Positions 26,801-41,800 of a stretch of 64,000 nt of DNA are shown piece by piece; within the stretch, counting starts at the first letter, position 1, and the number at the start of each line of letters is the position of its first letter. The stretch is from assembly GCA_053919585.1 (NCBI GenBank), contig CM132802.1; one strand, 5' to 3'. Made by a program: the position numbers and the translations under genes. The stretch comes from Euprymna scolopes. Its lineage: Eukaryota. The notes below the pieces were generated by a model that did not search any database, was not told where the DNA came from, and worked only from the letters and a program-made list of their open reading frames with translations.

Positions 26801-29800
26801 TTTAAGGTTAGCAAACTATGTATATTCTTCAATTCTTAAGATGGACAAACTATGTATATTCTTACATTTTTCAGTAAGGTAAACAATGTATATTCTTCAA
26901 TTTTTAAGGTAGGCAAACTATGTATATTCGACAATTTTTAAGGTAGGCAAACAATGTATATTCTTTAATATTTATGGTAGGCAAACTATGTATACCAAGG
27001 TAGGCAAAAAATGCATAATCTTCCATTTTTAAGGTAGGCAAACAATGTATATTCTGCAATTTTTAAGGTAGGCAAACTATGTATATTTTTCAATTTTTAA
27101 GGTAGGCAAACAATTATTTAGGTAGCAAACTGTGTATATGCTTCAATTTTCAAGGTAGGAAAACAATGTATATTCTGATATTTTTGAGGTAGGAAACTTA
27201 TGTATATTCTGCAATTTTTGCGGTAGGAAAACAATGTATATTCTTCAATTTTTTAACTACGAAAAACAATGTATATTCAGCAATTTTTAAGGTAGGAAAA
27301 CTATGTATATTCTTCAATTCTCAGGGTAGGAAAACTATGTATATTCTTCAATTTTTATGGTAGGCAAACAATGTATATTCTTTAATTTTTATGGTAGGCA
27401 AACTATGTATACCAAGGTAGGCAAAAAATGCATAATCTTCCATTTTTAAGGTAGGCACACAATGTATATTCTGCAATTTTTAAGGTAGGCAAACTATGTA
27501 TATTTTTCAATTTTTAAGGTAGGCAAACAATGTATATTCTGAAATTTTTCAGGTAGGCAAACTATGTATATACTTTAATTTTAAAGGCTGGCAAAAAATG
27601 TATATTGTTCAATTTTGAAGGTAGGCAAACAATGTATATTCTGCAATTTTTATGGTATGTAAACTATGTATTCAAAGGTAGGCAAACAATGTACATTCCA
27701 AGGAAGGCCAACAATGTATATTCTTTCATTTTTAAGGAAGGCAAACACTGTTAAGGAAGGAAAAAAAAATTTAAGGTAGGCAAATCTTCTTAAGGTATGC
27801 AATAAATGTATATTCTACTGTAGACAAACAATGTATATTTATTCAATTCGTAAAGTACACCAACAATGTATAATCTATAATTATGCATGCAATAATAAAA
27901 CAATGTATATTCTTCAATTTTTGTGGTAGGCAAACAATGTATATTCTTAAATTTTTATGGTAAGCAAACAATGTATACTGTAAGGTAGGCAAACAATGTA
28001 TATTCTTACATTTTTAAGGAAGAAAAACAAGTATATGTTGCAATTTTTAAGGAAGGAAAAAATGTATGTTCTTCCATTTTCAAGGAAGCCAAACAATGTA
28101 TATTCTTTAATTTTTCAGGTAGGCTAACAATGTATATTCTGCAATTTTTAAGGTAGGCAAACTATGTATACAATCAATTTTTAATGTAGGCAAACAATGT
28201 ATATTCTGCAATTCTTTATGTAGGCAAACAATGTATATTCTTCAATATTTAAGGAAGGCAAACAATGTATATTCTTCAATTTTAAAGGTAGGCAAACAAT
28301 GTATATTCTGCAATTTTTTAGGTAGGCCAACTATGTATTCCAAGGTAGGCAAACGATGTGTATTCTTCCATTTTTAAGGTAGGAAAACAAAGTATATTCT
28401 TCAATTTTTATGTTGGGCAAACTATGTATATTCTTCAATTTTTAAGGTAGTCAAACAATGTATATTCTGCAATTTTGTAGGAAGGGAAACTATGTATTCC
28501 AAAGTAGGCTAACAATGTAGTTTCTTCAGTTTGTAAGGTAGGAAAACAAAGTATATTCTTCCATTTTTAAGGTGGGCAAACAATGTATATTCTTGATTTT
28601 TTAAGGAAGGCAAAAAATGTATATTCTGCAATTGTTATGGTAGGAAAAACAATGTACATTCTTTCATTTTTAAGGTGGGCAAACAATGCATATTCTGCAA
28701 TTATTTAGGTAGCAAACTGTGTATATGCTTCAATTTTCAAGGTAGGAAAACAATGTATATTCTGCCATTTTTGAGGTAGGCAAACTATGTATATTCTGCA
28801 ATTTTTGCGGTAGGAAAACAATGTATATTCTTCAATTTTTTAACGACGAAAGACAATGTATATTCTGCAATTTTTAAGGTAGGCAAACTATGTATATTCT
28901 TCAATTCTTAAGGTAGGCAAACAATGTGTATTCTTCAATTTTAAAGGTAGGCAAACAATGTATACCAAGGTAGGTAAACAATGTATAATCTTCCATTTTC
29001 AAGGTAGGCAAAAAATGTATATGCTGCAATTTTTAAGGTCGGCAAACAATGTATATTCTTCAATTTTTATGGTAGGCAAACTATGTATATTCTTCAATTC
29101 TCAAGGTAGGCAAACAATGTATATTCTTCAATTCTTAAGGTAGGCAAACAATGTATATTTTTCAATTTTTATCGTAAGCAAACTATGTATATTCTTCAAT
29201 TTTTAAAGTAGGCAAACAATGTATACTCTTCAATTCTTTAGGTAGGCAAAAAATATATATTCTTCAATTCTCAGGGTAGGAAAACTATGTATATTCTTCA
29301 ATTTTTATGGTAGGCAAATTATGTATATTCTTCAATTCTTAAGGTAGGCAAACTATGTATATTCTTCAATTCTAAAGGTAGGCAAACAATGTATATTCCT
29401 CAATTTTTATGGTAGGTAAACAATGTAACTTCTGCAATTTTTATGGTAGGCTTACTATGTATTCCAAGCTAGGCAAACAATGTATATACTTCCATTTTTA
29501 AGGTAGGCAAACAATGTACATTCTTCAATATATAAGGTAGGCAAAAAATGTATATTCTGCAATTTTTAAGGTAGGCAAACTATGTATATTCTTCAATTTT
29601 GTATGTAGGCAAACAATGTATATTCTTCAATTTTTAAGGTAAGCAAACTATGTATATGCTGCAATTTTTAAGGTAGGCAAACAATGTATATTCTTCAATT
29701 TTAAAGGTAGGCAAACAATGTATATTCTGCAATTTTTAAGGTAGGCAAACTATGTATATTATTCACTTTTACAGGTAGGCAAACAATATATATTCTGCAA

Positions 29801-32800
29801 TTTTTATGGTAGGGAAACAATGTATTCCAAGGAAGGCAAACCATCTACATTACAAGGAAGGCCAACAATGTATATTCTGCTACTTTTAAGGAAGGCAAAC
29901 AATGTTAAGGAAGGAAATAAATTTTTAAGGTATGCAGTAAATGTATATTCTAATGTAGGCAAACAATGTATATTTATTCAATTCGTAAAGTACACCAACA
30001 ATGTATAATCTATAATTATGCATGCAATTATATTCCTAGGTAGGCAAACAATGTATATTCTTAAATCTTTATGGTAAGGAAACAATGTATATTCCAAGGT
30101 AGGCAAACCATGTAAGTTTTTAAATTTAAAGGTAGAAAAACAATGTATATGTTGCAATTTTTAGGAAGGAAAAATGTATATTCTTCCATTTTTAAGGAAG
30201 GCAAACTATGTATATTCTTTAATTTTTCAGGTAGGCTATAATGTATATTCTGCAATTTTTAAGGTAGGCAAACTATGTATATTCTTCAATTTTTAAGGTA
30301 AGCAAACAATGTATATTCTGAAATTTTTAAGGCAGGCAAACTATGTATATTCTTCCAGCTTTAAGGTAGGTAAACAGTGTATATTCTTCAATTTTTAAGG
30401 TAGGTTATCTATGTATATTCTTCAATTTTTATGGTAGGCCAACTATGTATATTCTTCAATTTTAAAGGTAGGAAAAAATGTATATTCTGCAATTGTTTGG
30501 TAGGCACACTACGTATATTCGTTAATTTTAAGGTAGGCAAACAATGTATATTCTGCAATTCTTAAGGTAGACAGACAATGTATAGTCTTCAATTTTTAAG
30601 GTAGGCAAACGATGTATATTCTTCAATTTTTATGGTAAGCAAACTATGTATATTCGTCAATTTTTAAGGTAGGCAAACAATGTATACTCATCAATTCTTA
30701 GGGTAGGAAAACTATGTATATTCTTCAATTTTTATGGTAGGCAAATTTTGTATATTCTTCAATTCTTAAGGTAGGCAAAGTATGTATATTCTTCAATTCT
30801 TATGTAGGCAAACAATGTATATTCCTCAATTTTTATGGTTGGTAAACAATGTATATTCTGCAATATTTATGGTAGGCTAACTATAGATTCCAAGGTAGGA
30901 AAACAATGTATATTATTCCATTTTTACGGTAGGCAAACAATGTACATTCTTCAATATTTAAGGTAGGCAAACAATGTATATTCTGAAATTTTTATGGAGG
31001 CAAACTATGTATGCCAAGGAAGGCAAACAATGCATAATCGCCCATTTTTAAGGTAGGCAAAGAATGTATATTCTGAAATTGTTAAGGTAGGCAAACTATG
31101 TATATTCTTTAATTTTAAAGTTAGGCAAACAATGTATATTCTTCAATTTTGAAGGTAGGCAAACAATGTATATTCTGCAATTTTTATTGTATGTAAACTA
31201 TGTATTCAAAGGTAGGCAAACAATGTACATTCCAAGGAAGGCCAACAATGTATATTCTTTCATTTTTAAGGTAGGCAAACAGTGTTAAGGAAGGAAATTA
31301 ATTTTTAAGGTAGGCAAATCTTCTAAAGGTATGCAATAAATGTATATTCTAATGTAGGCAAACAATGTATATGTATTCAATTCGTAAAGTACACCAACAA
31401 TGTATAATCTATAATTATGCATGCAATTATATTCCTAGGTAGGCACACAATGTATATTCTTCAATTTTTATGGTAGGCAAACAATGTATATTCTTAAATA
31501 TTTTTGGTAAGCAAACAATGTATATTCTTACATTTTTAAGGTAGAAAAACAATGTATATGTTGCAATTTTTAAGGAAGGAAAAAATGTATATTCTTCCAT
31601 TTTTAAGGAAGGCAAACAATGTATATTTTTCAATTTTTCAGGTAGGCTAACAATGTATATTCTGCAATTTTTAGGGTATGCAAACTATGTATGTTCTTCA
31701 ATTTTTAAGGTAGGCAAACAATGTATGTTCTGCAATTTTTAAGGCAGGCAAACTATGTATATTCTTCAATTTTTAAGGTAGGTAAACAATGTATATTCTT
31801 CAATGTTTAAGGTAGGTTATCTATGTATATTCTTCAATTTTTATGGTAGGCAAACTATGTATATTCTTCAATTTTTAAGGTAGGAAAAAAATGTATATTC
31901 TGCAATTTTCAAGTTAGGCACACTATTTATATTCATCAATTTTTAAGGTAGGCAAACAATGTATATTCTTCCATTTTTAAGGTAGGCTAACTATGTATAT
32001 TCTTCCATTTTTAATAAAGACAAACTATGTATATTCTTCAATTGTAAAGGTAGGCAAACAATGTATATTCTTCAATTGTTAAGGAAGGCAAACAATGTAT
32101 ATTCTGCCATTTTATGGAATGTAAACTATTTATTCAAAGGTAGGCACACAATGTACATTCCAAGGAAGGCCAACAATGTATATACTTTCATTTTTAAGGT
32201 AGGCAAACACTGTTAAGGAAGGAAAAAAATTTTTAAGATAGGCAAATCTTCTTAAGGTATGCAATAAATGTATATTCTAATGTAGGCAAACAATGTATAT
32301 TTATTCAATTCGTAAAGTACACCAACAATGTATAATTTATAATTATGCATGCAATTATAAAACTATGTATATTCTTCAATTTTTATGGTAGGCAAACAAT
32401 GTATATTCTTACATTTTTATGGTAAGCAAACAATGTATATTCAAAGGTAGGCAAACAATGTATATTCTTACATTTTTAAGTAGAAAAACAATGTATATGT
32501 TACAATTTTTAAGGAAGGAAAATATGTATATTCTTCCTTTTTTAAGGAAGGAAAACAATGAATATTCTTCAATTTTTCAGGTAGTCTAACAATGTATGAA
32601 CTGCTATATTTAAGTTAGGCAAACTATGTATATTCTGCAATTTTTAATGTAGGCAAACAATGTATATTCTTCAATTTTTAAGGTAGGCAAACAATGTATA
32701 TTCTGCAATATTTAAGGTAGCAAACAATGTATATTCTTCAATTTTTAAGGTAGGCAAACATTGTATATTGTTCAATTTTTATGGTAGGCCAATAATGTAT

Positions 32801-35800
32801 ATTCTGCAATTTTTAAGGTGGGCCAACTATGTATTTCTAAGGTAGGCAAACAATGTATATTCTTCAATTTTTGAGGTAGGCAAACAATGTATATTCTGCC
32901 ATTTTTTGGTAGGCAAACTATGTATTCAAAAGAAGGCTAACGATGTATATTCTTCAATGTTTAAGTAGGCAAAAAATATATATTCTGCAATTTTTAAGGT
33001 AAGCAAACAATGTATATTCTGCAATTTTTAAGGTAGGCAAACACTGTATATTCTGCAATTTTTATGGTAGGCAAACAATGTATATTTCTTATTTTAAGGA
33101 AGCACACAATGTATATCCTGCAATTTTAAAGGTAGGCAAACAATGTATATTCTGCAATTTTTAAGGTAGGCAAACTATGTATATTATTCACTTTTTAAGG
33201 TAGGCAAACAATATATATTCTGCAATTTTTATGGTAGGAAAACAATGTATTCCAAGGAAGGCAAACAATCTACATTCCAAGGAAGGCCAACAATGTATAT
33301 TCTGCTACATTTAAGGAAGGCAAACAATGGTAAGGAAGGAAACAAATTTTTAAGGCATGCAATAAATGTATATTCAAATGTAGGGAAACAATATATATTT
33401 ATTCAATTCGTAAAGTACACCAACAATGTATAATCTATAATTATGCATGCAATTATATTCCTAGGTAAGCCAACAATGTATATACTTCAATTTTTATGGT
33501 AGGCACACAATGTATATTCTTTAATCTTTATGGTAAGCAAACAATGTATATTCCAAGGTAGGCAAGCAATGTATATTCTTACATTTTTAAGGTAGATAAA
33601 CAATGTATATGTTGCAATTTTTAGGGAAGGAAAAATGTATATTCTTCCATTTTTAAGGAAGGCAAACAATGTATATTCTTCATTTTTTCAGGTAGGATAA
33701 CAATGTATATTCTGCAATTTTTAAGGTAGGCAAACTATGTATATTCTTCAATTTTTAAGGTGGGCAAACAATGTACATTATGCAATTTTTAAGGTAGGAA
33801 AACTATGTATATTCTTCAAATTTTAAGGTAGGCAAACAATGTATATTCTGCAACTTTTATGGTAGGCAAACTATGTATATTCTTCAATTTTTAAGGTAGG
33901 TAAACAATGTATATTCTTCAATTTTTAAGGTAGGCTTACTATGTATATTCTTCAATTTTTATGGTAGGCAAACTATGTATATTCTTCAATGGTTAAGGTA
34001 GGCAAACAATGTATATTCTGCAATTTTTAAGGTAGGGAAACTATGGATATTCTTAAATTTTTAAGATAGGCAAACAATGTATATTCTGAAATTTTTAAGG
34101 TAGGCAAACTATGTATATTCTTTAATTTTTAAGGTAGGCAAACGATGTATATTCTTCCATTTTTAAGGTAGGAAAACAAAGTATATTCTTCAATTTTTAA
34201 GGCAGGCGAACTATGTATATTCTTCAATTTTTGTGGTAGGAAAACAATGTATTTTCTGCAATTTTTATTGAAGGAAAACTATGTATTCCAAAGTAGGCTA
34301 ACGATGTATATTCTTCAATTTTTAAGGTAGGAAAACAACGTATATTCTTCGATTTTTCAGCCAGGCAAACAATGTATATTCTTCATTTTTTAAGGTAGGC
34401 AAAATATATATTCTGCAATATTTATGGTAAGCAAACCATGTATATTCTTTCATTTTAAAGGTGGGCAAACAATTTATATTCTGCAATTTTCAATGTAGAA
34501 AACTATGTATATGCTTCAATTTTCAAGGAAGGCAAACAATGTATATTCTGTCATTTTTGAGGTAGGCAAACTATGTATATTCTGCAATTTTTGCGGTAGA
34601 AAAACAATGTATATTCTTCAATTTTTTAACTAGGAAAACAATGTATATTCTGCAATTTTTCAGGTAGGCAAAATATATATATTCTTCAATACTTAAGGTA
34701 GGCAAACAATGTGTATTCTTCTATTTTAAGGTAGGCAAACAATGTATACCAAGGAAGGTACACAATGTATAATCTTCCATTTTTCAGGAAGGCAAAAATG
34801 TATATTCTTCAATTTTTATGGTAGGCCAACTGTGTATATTCTTCAATTCTCAAGGTAGGCAAACAATGTATATTCTTCAATTTTTAAGGTAGGCAAACAA
34901 TGTATATTCTGCAATTGTTAAGGTGAGCAAACTATGTATATTCTTCAATATTTTAGGTAGGTTAACAATGTATATTCTTAAATTTTTAAGGTAGGAAAAC
35001 TATGTATATTCTTCAATTTTTAAGGTAGGCAAACTATGTATATTCTGCAATTTTTATGGTAGGCAAACTATGTATGCCAAGGTAGGCAAAAAATGCATAA
35101 TCTCCTATTTTTAAGGTATGCAAAAAATGTATATTCTGCAATATTTAAGGTAGGCAAACTATGTATAATCTTCAATTTTTGAGGTAAGCAAATAATGTAT
35201 ATCCTGAAATTTTTAAGGTACGCAAACTATGTATATTCTTTAATTTTAAAGGTTGGCAAACAATGTATATTCTTCAATTTTGAAGGTAGGCAAATAATGT
35301 ATATTCTGCAATTTTTATGGTATGTAAACTAGGTATTCAAAGGTAGGCAAACAATGTACATTCACAGGAAGGCCAACAATGTATAATCTTCAATTGTTAA
35401 GGTAGGCAAACAATGTATATTGTTCAATTTTTATGGTAGGCTAATAATGTATATTCATCAATTTTTAAGGTAGGCCAACTATGTATTCCAAGGTAGGCAA
35501 ACGATGTATATTCTTCCATTTGTTAGGTAGGAAAAAAAAGTATATTCTTCAATTTTTAAGGTACGCAAACAATGTATTTTCTGCAATTTTTATGGTAGGC
35601 AAACTATGTATTCGAAAGTAGGCTTACGATGTATATTCTTCAATTTTAAAGGTAGGAACACAAAGTATATTCTTCGATTTTTAAGGTAGGCAAACAATGT
35701 ATATTCTTCATTATTTAAGGCGGCCAAAAATGTATATTCTGCAATTTTAATGGTAGGCAAACAATGTATATTCTTTCATTTTAAAGGTGGGCAAACAATG

Positions 35801-38800
35801 TATATTCTGCAATTTTTAAGGTAGCAAACTATGTATATGCTTCAATTTTAAAGGAAGGCAAACAATGTATAATCTGCCATTTTAGAGGTAAGCAATCTAT
35901 GTATATTCTGCAATTTTTGCGGTAGGAAAACCATGTATATTCTTCAATTTTTAAACTAGGAAAACAATGTGTATTCTGCAATATTAAAGGTAGGCAGACT
36001 ATGTATATTCTTCAATACTTAAGGTAGGTAAACAATGTGTATTCTTTCATTTTTAAGGTAGGCAAACAATGTATATAAAGGTAGGTACACAATGTATAAT
36101 CTTCCATTTTTAAGGTAGGAAAAAATGTATATGCTGCAATTTTAACGGAAGGCAAACAATGTATATTCTTCAATTTTTATGGTAAGCAAACTATGTATAA
36201 TCTTCGATTCTTAAGGTAGGCAAACAATGTATAGTCTTCAATTCTTAAGGTAGGCAAACAATGTATATTCTTCAATTCTTAAGGTAGGCAAACTATGTAT
36301 ATTCTTCAATTCTTAAGGTAGGCAAACCCTGTATACTCTTCAATTCTTAAGGTAGGCAAACTATTTATATTCTTCAATTCTTAAGGTAGGCAAACAATGT
36401 ATATTCCTCAATTTTTATGGCAGGTAAACAATGTATATTCTGCAATATTTATGGTAGGCAAACTACGTATTCCAAGGGAGGAAAACAATGTATATTCTTC
36501 CATGTTTAAGGTAAGCAAACAATGTACATTCTTCAATGTTTAAGTAGGCAAACAATGTATATTCTGCAATTTTTAGGTAGGCAAACAATGTATATTCTTC
36601 TATTTATAAGGAAGGAAAAATGTATATTCTTCAATTTTTAAGGTAGGCAAACAATGTATATTTCTTATTTTTCAGGTAGGCAAACAATGTATATTCTGCA
36701 ATTTTAAAGGTAGGTAAACAATGTATATTCTGCAATTTTGTAGGTAGGACAACTATGTATATTCTTCAATTTTAAAGGTAGGCAAACAATGTATATTCTG
36801 CAATTTTAAAGGTAGGAAAACTATGTATATTATTCACCTTTTAAGGTAGGAAAACAATATATATTCTGCAATTTTCATGGTAGGAAAACAATGTATTCCA
36901 AGGAAGGCAAGCAATCTACATTCCAAGGAAGGCCAACAATGTATATTCTTGCTACTTTTAAGGAAGGAAAACAATGTTAAGGAAGGAAATAAATTATTAA
37001 GGTATGCAATAAATGTATATTCTAATGTAGACAAAACAATATATTTATTCAATTCGTAAAGTACACCAACAATGTATAATCAATAATTATGCATGCAATT
37101 ATATTCCAAGGTAGGCACACAATGTATATTCTTCTATTTTTATGGAAAGCAAATAATGTATATTCTTCAATTTTTCAGGTAGGCTGACAATGTATATTCC
37201 AAGGGTGGCAAACAATGTATATTCGTACATTTTTAAGGTAGAAAAACAATGTATATGTTGCAATTTTTAAGGAAGGAAACAATGTATATTCTTCCATTTT
37301 AAGGAAGGCAAACAATGTATATTCTTCAATGTTTCAGGTATGCTAACAATGTATATTCTGCAATTTTTAAGGTAGGCAAACAATGTACATTCTTCAATTT
37401 TTAAGGTAGGCAAACAATGTATATTCTGTAATTTTCAAGGTAGGCAAACATATATATTCTCCAATTTTTAAGGTAGGTAAACAATGTATATTCTTCAATT
37501 TTTAAGGGAGGTTATCTATGTATATTCTTCAATTTTTATGGTAGGCCAACTATGTATATTCTTCAATTTTTAAGGTATGCAAACAATGTATATTCTGCAA
37601 TTTTTAAGGTAGGCTAACTATGTATATTCTTAAATTTTTAAGGTAGGCAAACTATGTATATTCTTCAATTTTCAAGGTAGGCAAACAATGTATATTCTGC
37701 AATTTTTATGGTAGGCAAACTATGTATATTCTTCAATTTTTAAGGTAGGTAAACAATGTATATTCTTAAATTTTTAAGGTAGGCTAACTATGTATATTCT
37801 TCAATTTTATGGTAGGCAAACTATGTATATTCTTCAATTGTTAAGGTAGGCAAACAATGTATATTCTGCAATTTTTAAGGTAGGGAAACTATATAGATCC
37901 TTTTAATTTTAAGGTAGGCAAACAATGTATTTTCTGCAATTTTTAAGGTAGGCAAACTATGTATATTCTACAATTTTAAAGGTAGGCAAACAATGAATAT
38001 TCTGCAATTTTTATGGTAGGCAAACTATGTATTCTAAAGTAGGCTAACGATGTATATTCTTTGATTTTTAAGGTAAGAACACAAACTATATTCTTCAATT
38101 TTTAAAGTAGGCAAACAATGTATATTCTCCAATTTTTTAGGTAGGCAAAGAATGAATATTCTGCAATTTTTAAGGTATAAAAACAATGTATATTCCGCCA
38201 TTTTAAAGGTGGGAAAACAATGTATATTCTTCAATTTTTAAGGGAGCAAACTATGTATGTGCTTCTATTTTTAAGGTAGGCAAACAATGTATATTCTGCA
38301 ATTTTTAGGTAGGCAAACTATGTATATTCTGCAATTTTTAGGGTAGGAAAACAATGTATATTCTGCAATTTTTAAGCTAGGAAAACAATGTATATACTGC
38401 AATTTTTAAGGTAGGCAGACAATGTATATTCTCCAATTCTTAAGGTAGCCCAACCCTGTATATTCTTCAATTTTTAAGGTAGGCAAACAATGTATACCAA
38501 GGTAGGTAAACAATGTATAATCTTCCGTTTTTAAGTTAGGCAAAAAATGTATATGCTGCAATTTTTAAGGTAGGCAAACAATGTATATTCTTCCATTTTT
38601 ATGAAACGCCAACTATGTATATTCTTCAATTCTTAAGGTAGGTTAACAATGTATATTCTTCAATTTTTATGGTAGGCCAACTATGTATATTCTTCAAGTT
38701 TTAAGGTAGGCAAACAATGTATATTCTGCAATTTTTAAGGTAGGCAAACAATGTATATTCTTCAATTTTTAAGGTAGGCAAACAATGTATATTCTGCAAA

Positions 38801-41800
38801 TTTTAAGGTAGGCAAAGTATGTATATTCTTCAATTTTTAAGGTAGGTAAACAATGAATATTCTTCAATTTTTAAGGTAGGCTAACTATGTATATTCTTCA
38901 ATTTTATGGTAGGCAAACTATGTATATTCTTCAATTGTCAAGGTAGGCAACCAATGTATATTCTGCAATTTTGTAGGTAGGGAAACTATGGATATTCTTA
39001 ATTTTTTAAGGTAGGCAAACAATGTATTTTCTACAATTTTAAAGGTAGGCAAACTATGTATATTCTCCAATGTTTAAGGTAGGCAAACTATGTATATTCT
39101 GCAATTTTTATGGTAGGCAAACTATGTATTCCAAAGTAGGCTAACGATGTATATTCTTTAATTTTTAAGGTAAGAAAACAAAGTATATTCTTCAATTTTT
39201 AAAGTAGGCAAACAATGTATATTCTTCAATTTTTAAGGTTAGCAAAGAATGAATATGCTGCACTTTTTAGGTATGAACACAATGTATATTCTGCCATTTT
39301 TAAGGTGGGCAAACAATGTATATTCTGCAATATTTAAGGGAGCAAACTATGTATATGCTTCAATTTTTAAGGTAGGCAAACAATGTATATTCTGCAATTT
39401 TTGAGGTAGGCAAACTATGTATATTCGGCAATTTTTAGGGTAGGAAAACAATGTATATTCTTCAATTTTTAAGCTAGGAAAAATGTATATTCTGCGTTTT
39501 TTAAGGTAGGCAAACTATGTATATTCTCCAATTCTTAAGGTAGGCAAACCATGTATATTCTTCAATTTTTAAGGTAGGCAAACAATGCATACCAAGGTAG
39601 GTAAACAATGTATAATCTTCCATTTTTAAGGTAGGCAAAAAATGTATATGCTGCAATTTTTAAGGTAGGCAAACAATGTATATTCTTCAATTTTTAAGGT
39701 AGGCAAACTATGTATATTCTTCAATTTTTATGGTAGGCAAATTATGTATATTCTTCAATTCTTAAGGTAGGCAAACAATGTATATTCTTCAATTTTTAAG
39801 GTAGGCAAACAATGTATATTCCTCAGTTTTTATGGTAGGCAAACAATGTATATTCTGCAATTTACAGGTAAGCAAACTATGTATTTCAAAGGTTGGCAAA
39901 CAATGTATATTCGTCCATTTATAAGGTAGGCGAACAATGTACATTCTTCAATGTTTAAGGTAGGCAAAAAATGTATATTCTTCAATGTTTAAGGTAGGCA
40001 AACTATGTATATTCTTCAATTTTTAGGTAGGCAAACAATGTATATTTTTTCATTTTTAAGGTAGGAAAACAATGTATATTCTTCAATTTTCAAGGTAGGC
40101 AAACAATGTATATTCTGCAATTTTTATGGTAGGCAAACTATGTATATTCTTCAATTTTTAAGGTAGGTAAACAATGTATATTCTTAAATTTTTAAGGTAG
40201 GCTAACTATGTATATTCTTCAATTTTATGGTAGGCAAACTATGTATATTCTTCAATTGTTAAGGTAGGCAAACAATGTATATTCTGCAATTTTTAAGGTA
40301 GGGAAACTATATAGATCCTTTTAATTTTAAGGTAGGCAAACAATGTATTTTCTGCAATTTTTAAGGTAGGCAAACTATGTATATTCTACAATTTTAAAGG
40401 TAGGCAAACAATGAATATTCTGCAATTTTTATGGTAGGCAAACTATGTATTCTAAAGTAGGCTAACGATGTATATTCTTTGATTTTTAAGGTAAGAACAC
40501 AAACTATATTCTTCAATTTTTAAAGTAGGCAAACAATGTATATTCTCCAATTTTTTAGGTAGGCAAAGAATGAATATTCTGCAATTTTTAAGGTATAAAA
40601 ACAATGTATATTCCGCCATTTTAAAGGTGGGAAAACAATGTATATTCTTCAATTTTTAAGGGAGCAAACTATGTATGTGCTTCAATTTTTAAGGTAGGCA
40701 AACAATGTATATTCTGCAATTTTTAGGTAGGCAAACTATGTATATTCTGCAATTTTTAGGGTAGGAAAACAATGTATATTCTGCAATTTTTAAGCTAGGA
40801 AAACAATGTATATACTGCAATTTTTAAGGTAGGCAGACAATGTATATTCTCCAATTCTTAAGGTAGCCCAACCCTGTATATTCTTCAATTTTTAAGGTAG
40901 GCAAACAATGTATACCAAGGTAGGTAAACAATGTATAATCTTCCGTTTTTAAGTTAGGCAAAAAATGTATATGCTGCAATTTTTAAGGTAGGCAAACAAT
41001 GTATATTCTTCCATTTTTATGAAACGCCAACTATGTATATTCTTCAATTCTTAAGGTAGGTTAACAATGTATATTCTTCAATTTTTATGGTAGGCCAACT
41101 ATGTATATTCTTCAAGTTTTAAGGTAGGCAAACAATGTATATTCTGCAATTTTTAAGGTAGGCAAACAATGTATATTCTTCAATTTTTAAGGTAGGCAAA
41201 CAATGTATATTCTGCAAATTTTAAGGTAGGCAAAGTATGTATATTCTTCAATTTTTAAGGTAGGTAAACAATGTATATTCTTCAATTTTTAAGGTAGGCT
41301 AACTATGTATATTCTTCAATTTTATGGTAGGCAAACTATGTATATTCTTCAATTGTCAAGGTAGGCAACCAATGTATATTCTGCAATTTTGTAGGTAGGG
41401 AAACTATGGATATTCTTAATTTTTTAAGGTAGGCAAACAATGTATTTTCTACAATTTTAAAGGTAGGCAAACTATGTATATTCTCCAATGTTTAAGGTAG
41501 GCAAACTATGTATATTCTGCAATTTTTATGGTAGGCAAACTATGTATTCCAAAGTAGGCTAACGATGTATATTCTTTAATTTTTAAGGTAAGAAAACAAA
41601 GTATATTCTTCAATTTTTAAAGTAGGCAAACAATGTATATTCTTCAATTTTTAAGGTTAGCAAAGAATGAATATGCTGCACTTTTTAGGTATGAACACAA
41701 TGTATATTCTGCCATTTTTAAGGTGGGCAAACAATGTATATTCTGCAATATTTAAGGGAGCAAACTATGTATATGCTTCAATTTTTAAGGTAGGCAAACA